This document shows, one piece after another, positions 1 to 8,972 of a stretch of DNA of 56,020 bases. The notes beneath the pieces are model-generated. The model saw nothing but the letters and a program-made list of their open reading frames with translations, did not search any database and was not told the origin of the DNA. The DNA comes from Thermoplasmata archaeon (GTDB taxonomy: Archaea; Thermoplasmatota; Thermoplasmata; Thermoplasmatales; ARK-15). The DNA is taken from NCBI GenBank assembly GCA_049967255.1, contig JBMFTB010000003.1, positions 1-56,020 of the forward strand. Direction: 5' to 3'. Made by a program: the position numbers and the translations under genes. The stretch's first letter is position 1. The number at the start of each line of letters is the position of its first letter.

Positions 1-91
1 CAGCCAATCGTTGCGGTTCAATGAAACTCCGCTCACGGGTGGAGCAGGAGACCAGCAACAAGCTCCGAAGCTTTAGCGAGGAGTAGCTGAC
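1..91 (+). mobile_element. Right end of IS200/IS605-family (IS1341/IS607-like, tnpB) element, including probable omegaRNA scaffold 3' part; element truncated by window start
   Basis: Ends CAAGCTCCGAAGCTTTAGCGAGGAGTAGCTGAC, matching the typical tnpB right-end pattern (AAGCYC..CTTTAG..GGRGTAGYTSAC) with subterminal hairpin and terminal TGAC; second hairpin CTCCGC...GTGGAG at 28-44; frame 1 reads QPIVAVQ* (1-24), like TnpB C-terminal tails. RuvC core is not in the window. Confidence 0.72.
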
Positions 92-164
92 ATATTCTAG
101 AAGATCGAATATTTTTCATCCATATGAAGGAAAAAATTATAAAAATGAAAACAATGATATATCT

Positions 165-515
165 ATGGAATTTAAATATGGTAAGCTCGTGTTGACAAAA
201 ATAACATTCAAAAATGTCAGGTATTTCAAGGACAGGGCATTTTTTGAATATGACACGGAATATCAGATTGAAACTGGTCAGGAGGTGGAAAAAATACTCA
301 AAGAAAATTTTAATTTTTGTTTCATAATATCCAGTGAAAAAAGGATAAGGGATGAGGAGATTGATAGGATTATCAAAGCCACAATGTCCTGGCTTTATGA
401 AAAGCACAAGAATGATTATGATTACCTGGCATGTTGCCAAGCAGAAAGTGGTTTGATTCTTGAAATAAATGAATTTTACAAAAAATCTGAATTTGAGATA
501 AATAAAAATATCTAG
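165..515 (+). CDS. Hypothetical protein (116 aa)
   Basis: Open frame with protein-like composition, stop overlapping the convergent phoU-like stop; no family recognised. Confidence 0.55.
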   Translation: MEFKYGKLVLTKITFKNVRYFKDRAFFEYDTEYQIETGQEVEKILKENFNFCFIISSEKRIRDEEIDRIIKATMSWLYEKHKNDYDYLACCQAESGLILEINEFYKKSEFEINKNI

Positions 516-1504
516 GTCTTTTCCTTTAGCATTCCCTCGTCTATTGTGATTTCAGCTATATCTGATGAATACATTGCTATCCTTATCAGGCTTTCTATTA
601 TGAAAGCCATACCTATAAGTTCTTTTCCCCTCTTTTTATTTAATTCATTTATTGTTTTTCTAGCAATATTAGAAAATTCGTGTGCTCTTTCTATAACGCT
701 ATTCGCTTGATTCAGATCAAGGTGTTTGTATGAATGATATGATTCTCTGAAAAGCTCCGTTGCATAATTAAAGAGCTGTAAAAGTTCCTTGCCATCGTTA
801 ATTCTATTTTCAAGCATCATGTTTGATATATTTACAGCATGGTCACCTATTCTTTCTAAAAGTTTTGCTATTGATCTAATGTTGAAAGCCTTCGTTATAT
901 CTATGTCTAGATCCCTGAGAATGTTGGAGTTTTTAAGGGCCATATAGAATTGTTTTGAAATTAGCCAGAATACCCTGTCAAGTTGCATGTCCCTTTCAAT
1001 TATGTCCATTGCAAAGCTTTCATTAAAATTGGAATAAAGTTCTTTAACGTCCAGCAACATGTTTTCTGTCATGTTATAAAGCCTTTGCACCATTTTTTCA
1101 ATCGGAAGGTCTGAAAATTTAGAAAGATCTTGTAGAAGAATTGAATTATTGCTTTCTTCCACAATTTCCACACCTAGGCTCAGAATTGTAAATTTATTAA
1201 CAGCACTTTTTATCTGTTCAGAAAGAACGGTTTTTGAAACTATTTTGATTGTATCAAATCCTGCTAGATAAATGGCGATTAGTTTTCTTAAAATGAGATC
1301 CTCTTTTTCATTTTCAATTACCAGGTAAATCTCCTTATGTTCATTTTCTTCAAAAATTTTTGTTGATAGCATAAGACTTCCATCTTTCAATTCCTTAAGC
1401 TGTAAGGCATCTCCTTCAGTTATTTTGTTCTTTATCACCCAATCCTTTGGAAGTGAAATTATATAGGTGGATCCTCCAGTTTTCTGTACTTTCCTGAATT
1501 CCAT
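512..1504 (-). CDS. phoU: Archaeal phosphate uptake regulator (AbrB/SpoVT N-terminal DNA-binding domain + PhoU domains)
   Basis: N-term RKVQKTGGSTYIISLPKDWV (AbrB-like); PhoU motif LLERIGDHAVNIS. Confidence 0.9.
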   Translation of the reverse strand: MEFRKVQKTGGSTYIISLPKDWVIKNKITEGDALQLKELKDGSLMLSTKIFEENEHKEIYLVIENEKEDLILRKLIAIYLAGFDTIKIVSKTVLSEQIKSAVNKFTILSLGVEIVEESNNSILLQDLSKFSDLPIEKMVQRLYNMTENMLLDVKELYSNFNESFAMDIIERDMQLDRVFWLISKQFYMALKNSNILRDLDIDITKAFNIRSIAKLLERIGDHAVNISNMMLENRINDGKELLQLFNYATELFRESYHSYKHLDLNQANSVIERAHEFSNIARKTINELNKKRGKELIGMAFIIESLIRIAMYSSDIAEITIDEGMLKEKT

Positions 1505-1623
1505 ATATTTAGAAATATGATAAAATATTTAAATTTTTCATTCTTCTATATTTTATATAGTAATATATACAATATTTGAAGTATCTATATATATCTTTAA
1601 CAAATTTATGGATTGGTGAAAAA

Positions 1624-3015
1624 ATGGATAATAAAAATCCTTTCGAGGATATAGACTCTACAAAGCTTAACTTCGGCCATATAAAAATATGGTTCACTGC
1701 TGGCATGGGCTTTTTTACAGACGCATACGATTTATTCATAATAGGCATAGTTCTAATTCTTTTGACAGGGCCATATAGTACAGCATTTCATTTGAACACT
1801 GTTGAATCTGCCCTAATAGGTACATCCGCACTTGCGGCTGCTATAATAGGGCAGCTTATGTTTGGTAGAATAGCGGATATAATAGGTAGAAAGAAGGTTT
1901 ACGGTATAGAAGCTTCCATATTGGCAATCGGTGCGATACTCAGCGCATTTTCTATGAATTTTTTGTTTTTGTTCCTATCAAGATTTCTCCTTGGTATAGG
2001 CATAGGTGGTGATTACCCTGTAAGTGCAACAATAATGAGTGAATATTCAAACAGGAAGGACAGAGGTAAACTTATAGGCTTTGTTTTTGCAAATCAGGGT
2101 ATAGGCTCTGTTGTAGCAGTAGCTGTGGGCGTGATTTCAGTCGTTGCATTCTCCCCTGACCTTGCCTGGAGGTTTATGCTAGCATTTGGGGCAATACCAG
2201 CATTATCCGTAATTTATCTAAGGAGAAAGCTTCCTGAGACACCTAGATATTCTTTGCTAGTTTCACAGGATATTGAAACTGCTAAAAACGCAAAGAAAGT
2301 GGTAGGAGTAAACGATAAAAATTTGCCAAAGGCTTCTACCCAGGTATCAAAGTTCTCAACTTTCATAAAAGCATATTGGAAAACATTGCTAATTACTTCA
2401 AGCACCTGGTTCTTCCTTGATATAGCATATTATGGCACTGGTATATATTCAAGCCCTATTGTAAGCAATATAGTATCAGCAGGCACACTTCCAATGAAAA
2501 TTTTGATTGCTGGTTTGCCTTTCATGGTTGGCTTTTTCGGATACTTTACGGCAGTAGGATTACTTGACAAACTCGGCAGAAAGACCATACAGGTACAAGG
2601 TTTCTTCATGATGGCGCTTCTATACATAATAGTTTCAAGTGTAATGATCGTTCACGGATCGAAAGTTGTTGGATTTACTATACCAGTTGATATTGCATTT
2701 ATCCTTTACTCGCTATCATTCTTCTTCATAGACTTCGGCCCAAATGAAACAACATTCATTTTGCCTGCAGAAGTTTTCCCTGTTAAGTATAGAACTACAG
2801 GCCATGGTATTTCTGCAGCTGCAGGAAAAGTTGGTGCAGCAATCAGCACATTCCTAATGCCTGTCCTGTTAATCACAATTGGTATAAAAGAGGTACTTTT
2901 AATTCTGGGAGGCATATCAATAATAGGCGGTTTGATTTCTTTAGCAATAAAAGAACCAGCAAATAAATCACTGGAAGAGGCTTCAAATGAAAAAATAATC
3001 GTTCAACCAGACTAA
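1624..3015 (+). CDS. MFS transporter, phosphate:H+ symporter (Pho84/PHS)-like
   Basis: GMGFFTDAYDLF, GIGIGGDYPVSATIMSEY, FGPNETTFILPAEVFP motifs; about 12 TM; GGTGA SD at 1615-1619 favours ATG 1624; divergent from phoU-like gene. Confidence 0.88.
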   Translation: MDNKNPFEDIDSTKLNFGHIKIWFTAGMGFFTDAYDLFIIGIVLILLTGPYSTAFHLNTVESALIGTSALAAAIIGQLMFGRIADIIGRKKVYGIEASILAIGAILSAFSMNFLFLFLSRFLLGIGIGGDYPVSATIMSEYSNRKDRGKLIGFVFANQGIGSVVAVAVGVISVVAFSPDLAWRFMLAFGAIPALSVIYLRRKLPETPRYSLLVSQDIETAKNAKKVVGVNDKNLPKASTQVSKFSTFIKAYWKTLLITSSTWFFLDIAYYGTGIYSSPIVSNIVSAGTLPMKILIAGLPFMVGFFGYFTAVGLLDKLGRKTIQVQGFFMMALLYIIVSSVMIVHGSKVVGFTIPVDIAFILYSLSFFFIDFGPNETTFILPAEVFPVKYRTTGHGISAAAGKVGAAISTFLMPVLLITIGIKEVLLILGGISIIGGLISLAIKEPANKSLEEASNEKIIVQPD

Positions 3016-3020
3016 TTTTT

Positions 3021-4256
3021 TTATTTTTTTATTACATTCTTGAAAAATATATAGTAAAGAACAGAGCTTGTAACATAGAATGAAGCGCATATGTAAAATG
3101 GAAGATTCAGTGAATAATTCATGATGATGCCCCCAAAATACACAGAAATGGAGTTCATGCCTATCCATGAAAGTGAAACTAAGCTTGACATGAACGGTCT
3201 GAATTCTTCAGGAATCATTGTCAGTTCAAAAGAACTCTGTATTGGGCCTGTAACGTTCATTAAAATTGTTCTAAAAAAATATAATGCTGAGAAAAAATAT
3301 ATTCCCATTGAAGACAAGTTAGATGAAAATGGCATGGAAAGCAGAAGCAGAGCTGCAATCAGCTGGAAAGTAACTATTGTACTTAAAGAACCTCTTTTGC
3401 GTGCCAGAAAAGGAACGAAGAGCATTAAAATTGCCATAGCGAATGTGGTAATGGAGAAAATATAGGAAATTGCAGAAATACCCAAATGAAACCTGTACTG
3501 AAATTGCAACTGAAAATAAGGAATAACGAATCCAGCTCCAAGACCAATTAAGGATGCAGGTATGGTAAGTTTTAACATTGTTTTTAAAATTTCTCTAGGC
3601 ACTTTTTTTCTTTCTTCTCTTTCAATTTTTATGTCATCCTTTAAAAATCTTATCATTATTAAAGTAATTGTCCATAGTATTAAAACGGTTAAAAGAGCAA
3701 GTTTAAAACCCATGAGATCATTTCCAAACAAGAATCTACCTAAACCTGGAAATAATCCGGATGCAGTTATTCCCAGGGTCGATCCTATAAGGTTTACAAA
3801 ACCATTGAAAGAAAAAACAAAATTTCTTCTTTTCTCTTCGGCAGCTTTGGAAAGAAGGCTATTAAAATTAGGACTTGAAAATGCCTGGGCTAGTCCGGAT
3901 ATTACGGCACCTGAATAAAAAAGTAAAACATTGCTGGTGATTACGTAAATCAGAATGAAAATGATGCTAAATAAGCTTCCAATAAAAAGCATTTTCCTTG
4001 ACCCTATTCTTGAGGATATTATACCTATGGGGAGTGCCATCAACAAATAAGAAAATCCGGATACGGAAGAAAGTGCACCATAAAAAACAGTACTATAGCC
4101 TAAACTGACTATATAAAAAATGAATATAAAACTAAATATACCTCCTCCTATGGAGCTAAACACCTCCATAATAATTAAATATTTCACTGTAGTACTAAAA
4201 TTGGAATATTCATATCGAAAGTTTTTAATGATGTTTAAAAGGTTAAGCATCTTCAA
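3021..4256 (-). CDS. MFS transporter, substrate unknown
   Basis: About 12 hydrophobic segments, MFS motif A variant GIISSRIGSRKM. Confidence 0.85.
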   Translation of the reverse strand: MKMLNLLNIIKNFRYEYSNFSTTVKYLIIMEVFSSIGGGIFSFIFIFYIVSLGYSTVFYGALSSVSGFSYLLMALPIGIISSRIGSRKMLFIGSLFSIIFILIYVITSNVLLFYSGAVISGLAQAFSSPNFNSLLSKAAEEKRRNFVFSFNGFVNLIGSTLGITASGLFPGLGRFLFGNDLMGFKLALLTVLILWTITLIMIRFLKDDIKIEREERKKVPREILKTMLKLTIPASLIGLGAGFVIPYFQLQFQYRFHLGISAISYIFSITTFAMAILMLFVPFLARKRGSLSTIVTFQLIAALLLLSMPFSSNLSSMGIYFFSALYFFRTILMNVTGPIQSSFELTMIPEEFRPFMSSLVSLSWIGMNSISVYFGGIIMNYSLNLPFYICASFYVTSSVLYYIFFKNVIKK

Positions 4257-4332
4257 AGGTAAAACTGAGACAGACTAAAAAATATTTCTTAAAATTAATT
4301 AGCATCTTTGTTATTATGGGATTGGTGATTTA

Positions 4333-5556
4333 ATGAAAAATAAAATTGCTATGGACAAGCCAGTTGTTGAAATGGATGGAGATGAAATGACAAGAGTTCT
4401 CTGGGCTTGGGTAAAGGAAAAATTACTTATTCCATACGTTGATCTAAAAACTGAATACTATGACCTTCACGTTTTAAACAGGGATAAAACGGATGATAAG
4501 GTAACTTACCAGGCTGCAGAGGCGGTTAAGAAATGGGGTGTGGGTGTAAAATGCGCTACAATCACACCAAATGCTGAAAGGGTAAAGGAGTTCAATCTAA
4601 AGAAGGAATGGCCTAGCCCAAATGGTACTATAAGAAAAATACTTGATGGTACGGTATTCAGAGCACCGATTACAGTCAAAAGCATACAACCCGCAGTGAG
4701 GTTCTGGAAAAAACCAATAGTTGTTGCAAGGCATGCATTCGGTGATATTTATGATGGTGTAGGAATTAGGTTTGATGAACCAGGAACTGCTGAAATCACT
4801 TACAAATCCCAGAGCGGAAAGGAGAAAAAGGTATCCTATCCGAAATTTAGTGGTCCAGGCGTAATACAGGGTGTTTATAACCTTGACAAATCCATAGAGG
4901 GTTTTGCAAGAGCAACATTCAAATATGCCTTGATCAATAAAATGGATCTATGGTTTGCAACAAAGGACACAATATCAAAGGTTTATGATGCAAGGTTCAA
5001 AGAGATTTTCAACGAAATATATGAAAAGGAATTCAAAGAAGAATTCAATAAGCTCGGTATAAATTATAATTATTATTTAATAGATGATGCCGTTGCCAGA
5101 GTAGTCAGATCAGAAGGTGGTTTTGTCTGGGCATGCAAGAATTACGACGGTGATGTATTTTCAGATTTTGTTTCAACTGCATATGTTGGTACACTTGCGC
5201 TTATGACATCAGAGTTACTTTCACCTGAGGGCTATTATCTTTCAGAAGCTGCTCACGGAACGGTACAGAGGCATTATTATAAATATCTTAAGGGTGAAAA
5301 AGTATCCACAAATCCAACTGCCCTTATTTATGCATGGACGAGGGGCTTGAAGAGAAGGGGAGAAATTGATGGAAATAAGGAGCTCATAAATTTTGCAGAA
5401 AAGCTTGAACTGGCTGTGATAAAAACTATTGAAGAGGACAGGATAATGACACAGGATGTTGCTAAACTTGCTGAACCTCCAGTAAATGCAATCGTTACAT
5501 CTGAAGAATTCATAGAAGCAATAAGGAAAAATTTGGAGAAACTGTTAAACAATTAA
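4333..5556 (+). CDS. icd: NADP-dependent isocitrate dehydrogenase, eukaryote-like (type II) subfamily
   Basis: VVEMDGDEMTR, KCATITP, WPSPNGTIRKILDGTVFRAPI, ACKNYDGDV, EAAHGTVQRHY. Confidence 0.93.
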   Translation: MKNKIAMDKPVVEMDGDEMTRVLWAWVKEKLLIPYVDLKTEYYDLHVLNRDKTDDKVTYQAAEAVKKWGVGVKCATITPNAERVKEFNLKKEWPSPNGTIRKILDGTVFRAPITVKSIQPAVRFWKKPIVVARHAFGDIYDGVGIRFDEPGTAEITYKSQSGKEKKVSYPKFSGPGVIQGVYNLDKSIEGFARATFKYALINKMDLWFATKDTISKVYDARFKEIFNEIYEKEFKEEFNKLGINYNYYLIDDAVARVVRSEGGFVWACKNYDGDVFSDFVSTAYVGTLALMTSELLSPEGYYLSEAAHGTVQRHYYKYLKGEKVSTNPTALIYAWTRGLKRRGEIDGNKELINFAEKLELAVIKTIEEDRIMTQDVAKLAEPPVNAIVTSEEFIEAIRKNLEKLLNN

Positions 5557-5620
5557 TTTTTTTATTTTTAATTGAAAGCTTTACAAAATATTTAAATAAG
5601 AATCTATTTTTTGAAGATCC

Positions 5621-6373
5621 ATGGCTGATGTACTTGAAATAAAGAATCTACATGTTGAAATTGAAGGTAAGGAGATTCTAAAGGGGGTAAATCTAAAAAT
5701 TGAAAAGGGTAAATTACACGCATTAATGGGTCCTAACGGTTCAGGAAAATCGACGCTTGCTCATGTTATAATGGGTGATAAAAGATACAAAATCACTGAA
5801 GGAACAGTGCTTTTTAATGATATTGACATAACATCCCTTGGAACGGATGAAAGGTCAAAACTTGGACTTTTCTTAACATTTCAAAACCCGGTTGAACTTT
5901 CAGGTGTGAAACTTTTCACCTTTCTCAGGTCAGCATATACAGTACATTATCCTGATGATAAGAAGACATTCCAGGAATTTATAACATTTGTACAATCGAA
6001 GGCAAAGCTGCTTAACATGGATACTTCTCTTTTAAGCAGAAACGTGAACGAAGGTTTTTCAGGGGGCGAAAAAAAGAAGGCTGAAATTTTACAGATGGCT
6101 CTGTTAAAGCCTAAAATAGCTATTGTGGATGAAATTGATTCAGGCCTTGATGTGGATGCGCTTGAGGCTGTTGCAAAATCGCTTAAGGAAACAATTTATT
6201 CAGAGCCAAAGATGGGTTCATTGCTTATAACGCATTACATGAGGATTCTGAAATACCTGTCCCCTGATAATGTTCATGTAATGATGGATGGAAAAATAGT
6301 ATTATCGGGCGATTACAGCCTTGCACTTAAAATAGAAGAGAAGGGATATGAATGGATAAAAGAGAAGAATTAA
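5621..6373 (+). CDS. sufC: Fe-S assembly ABC ATPase SufC
   Basis: GPNGSGKS, NEGFSGGEKKK, DEIDSGLDVDA. Confidence 0.95.
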   Translation: MADVLEIKNLHVEIEGKEILKGVNLKIEKGKLHALMGPNGSGKSTLAHVIMGDKRYKITEGTVLFNDIDITSLGTDERSKLGLFLTFQNPVELSGVKLFTFLRSAYTVHYPDDKKTFQEFITFVQSKAKLLNMDTSLLSRNVNEGFSGGEKKKAEILQMALLKPKIAIVDEIDSGLDVDALEAVAKSLKETIYSEPKMGSLLITHYMRILKYLSPDNVHVMMDGKIVLSGDYSLALKIEEKGYEWIKEKN

Positions 6374-7767
6374 AGGACATAATTCCTGAGGAAAATGGTC
6401 AGGGTAATTTCATCACAAAAGCTAGGTATCCGCATATATTCCAGGAAGGCCTGGATAGAAGAGTAGTTGAAGAAATTTCAGAAATAAAGAAGGAACCTGA
6501 ATGGATGAAGAGGCTGAGATTGAAGGCTCTTGAAATTTTTAATTCAAAGCCTATGCCAAACTGGGGGCCTCCTCTTGACATTGATTTTAACAAAATAAGG
6601 TACTATGTTCTGCCAGATGAGATCAAGGCAAGAAGATGGGAAGATTTGCCCCAGGAAATAAGGGAAACATATGAAAAATTGGGTCTACCTGAAATGGAAA
6701 AGAAATACCTGAGTGGATCAGTTGCTGTACTCGATTCTGAAGGTGTTTACGCAAACCTAAAAAAGCAGTTTGAGGAAAAAGGTGTTATATATTTGGACAC
6801 TGATACTGCATTGCAAAAATACCCAAATATATTCAGAGAATATTTTATGAATATCGTGCCTATAGGGGATAACAAATTTTCAGCACTCAATGGTGCTGTA
6901 TGGAGCGGTGGATCTTTCATTTATGTTCCTGAAAATGTGCATCTTGATCTTCCTCTTATGACATATTTCAGGATGAATATACAGGCCGAAGGCCAATTTG
7001 AACATACAATAATAATAGCTGAAAAAGGCGCGTCTGTGAGTTATATTGAAGGATGCACTGCCCCTATTTACAATACAAGTTCACTTCATAGTGCAGTCGT
7101 TGAGGTGTATGTGAAAGAGAATGCAAAGGTGAGGTTCACAACTGTTCAAAACTGGAGCCATGATATTTATAATCTTAATACTGAAAGGGCTAGGGTAGAA
7201 AAGAATGGAAAGATGGAGTGGGTAGGTGGTTCTCTTGGATCTAAGGTAACAATGTTATATCCATCATCCTATCTCGTAGGTGAAGGATCTTCAGCATCAC
7301 ATTTAACCATTGCACTTGCATCAGGCAATACATGGAAGGACAATGGTGCAAAGGTTTTACATCTTGCTCCTAATACATCATCAAAGATAATTTCAAAAAG
7401 TATAAGCATGAAAGGTGGAGTTTCTGTTTACAGGGGTCTTGTTAGAATACCAAAGGGAGCATTGAATGCAAAATCACATGTTCAATGCGATGCCCTTATA
7501 CTTGATGAAAGTTCCAAAAATTTTACATATCCACACAATGAGGTCTATGAGGAAACGTCTACACTTACGCACGAGGCATCAGCTGGAAAGATAGGTGAAG
7601 AACAGCTTTTCTATATAATGACCAGGGGTCTATCCGAGGATGAGGCAAGATCAATGATAGTTCTCGGATTTCTTGATGATATTATGCGCGAAATACCTTT
7701 GGAATTTTCCATTGAACTCAACAAACTCATAAGATTACAGCTTGGAAGGTATGGTGGTACAGGATGA
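6352..7767 (+). CDS. sufB: Fe-S assembly scaffold SufB
   Basis: QFEHTIIIAE, YIEGCTAP, SLHSAVVE, HEASAGKI motifs. Confidence 0.95.
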   Translation: MDKREELKDIIPEENGQGNFITKARYPHIFQEGLDRRVVEEISEIKKEPEWMKRLRLKALEIFNSKPMPNWGPPLDIDFNKIRYYVLPDEIKARRWEDLPQEIRETYEKLGLPEMEKKYLSGSVAVLDSEGVYANLKKQFEEKGVIYLDTDTALQKYPNIFREYFMNIVPIGDNKFSALNGAVWSGGSFIYVPENVHLDLPLMTYFRMNIQAEGQFEHTIIIAEKGASVSYIEGCTAPIYNTSSLHSAVVEVYVKENAKVRFTTVQNWSHDIYNLNTERARVEKNGKMEWVGGSLGSKVTMLYPSSYLVGEGSSASHLTIALASGNTWKDNGAKVLHLAPNTSSKIISKSISMKGGVSVYRGLVRIPKGALNAKSHVQCDALILDESSKNFTYPHNEVYEETSTLTHEASAGKIGEEQLFYIMTRGLSEDEARSMIVLGFLDDIMREIPLEFSIELNKLIRLQLGRYGGTG

Positions 7768-8972
7768 GCATTGAAGATAAAATAATAAAATTTTCAAGAT
7801 CAAGAAATGAGCCTGAGTGGCTCACGAATTTAAGATTATTAAATTTCAGGAAATATTTTGACATAAAGAAAAAATCCATTTCTGATTCACCACTTGAAAA
7901 GAGGTACACTACATTTGATATTGAGGAATTCCTTGACAATATTCCAGAGGAAACGCAGAAAGGAAAATTTATGGAGGAAAAGGATTATTTTGTTATTGAT
8001 TATACAAAAAATGGAAAGCTTGAAATTAATCCAAAATCCTTAAAATCTACAACATTAACAGGCATAAGGAATGCCATTTTAATGTACCCTGACCTTTTAA
8101 AAAGTTCTATGGAAAACGCGAATGATGAATGGACTGCTCTTGGAAATGCGCTTTGGGACACGGGCATATTTGTAAATGTTCCAGAAGAAAGAAGATGTGA
8201 AAGGATAATGAAATTTAAAACAATATTTCCTGAGCATGTAATTGTAAAAAAGGATTTATTTAACATAGGAGCCAATTCCTTTCTGCAGTTTGTTGAGTAT
8301 TCTAACGCCACAGAGAAATTCACGGGCATTGAAGAAACTTCTATATTCATAGGTAAAAATTCTTCACTCAAGCACCTTACAATGATAGATGGTGGTGGAT
8401 CAAAAATGGCTTCAATTAAAAATTCTCATATGATGTCTCAAGCCAGGGATGAATGGTACTATGCTGTAAAAAACGTAGAAAAGCACATTATAGTTACAAA
8501 CGCAGAGCTTTCAGGTGAATATTCTTCCATTGAACATAAGGGTGCTATACTTGCAAATGGTATGGAGCATTATGACGTCAATACAAATATTTTTCATAAT
8601 GCACATCATACAAAAAGTGATGCAAATGTTCGCGCAACCCTGGAAGGTAATTCAAGGGCCATAATGCGTGGGTCCATAAAGGTTTCAAAGGATGCAAATG
8701 ATTCAAATGCATATTTTGCTGGGAACGCTCTATTGTTAAGTGAAAATGCTAAAAGCAACGCCCTTCCATTTCTGGAAATAGAAGGGGACAGGGCAGTTGC
8801 TAAGCACGCGGCAACAGCTACAAACGTTGATTATGATCAACTTTTTTACATTCAGAGTCGCGGTGTGAATGAAAGAAGCGCAAAAAATCTTCTAGTAGAG
8901 GGATTTCTTGACCCTGTTGTTAGACAGATACTTATATATGAGGGGACGAGGTACCTGATATACTATGATTGA
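7764..8972 (+). CDS. sufD: Fe-S assembly protein SufD
   Basis: beta-helix paralog of SufB; ALPFLEI..D...KHAAT, LFYIQSRG; ATGA-coupled to sufB. Confidence 0.88.
   Translation: MSIEDKIIKFSRSRNEPEWLTNLRLLNFRKYFDIKKKSISDSPLEKRYTTFDIEEFLDNIPEETQKGKFMEEKDYFVIDYTKNGKLEINPKSLKSTTLTGIRNAILMYPDLLKSSMENANDEWTALGNALWDTGIFVNVPEERRCERIMKFKTIFPEHVIVKKDLFNIGANSFLQFVEYSNATEKFTGIEETSIFIGKNSSLKHLTMIDGGGSKMASIKNSHMMSQARDEWYYAVKNVEKHIIVTNAELSGEYSSIEHKGAILANGMEHYDVNTNIFHNAHHTKSDANVRATLEGNSRAIMRGSIKVSKDANDSNAYFAGNALLLSENAKSNALPFLEIEGDRAVAKHAATATNVDYDQLFYIQSRGVNERSAKNLLVEGFLDPVVRQILIYEGTRYLIYYD

Noticed and set aside
33-440. 135-aa minus-strand ORF, and the many other antisense ORFs in the track (e.g. 3121-3465, 11092-11442, 33758-34165, 52883-53485)
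   Set aside because: Shadow frames opposite well-supported genes; Ser/Phe/Ile-rich composition typical of antisense to AT-rich coding DNA
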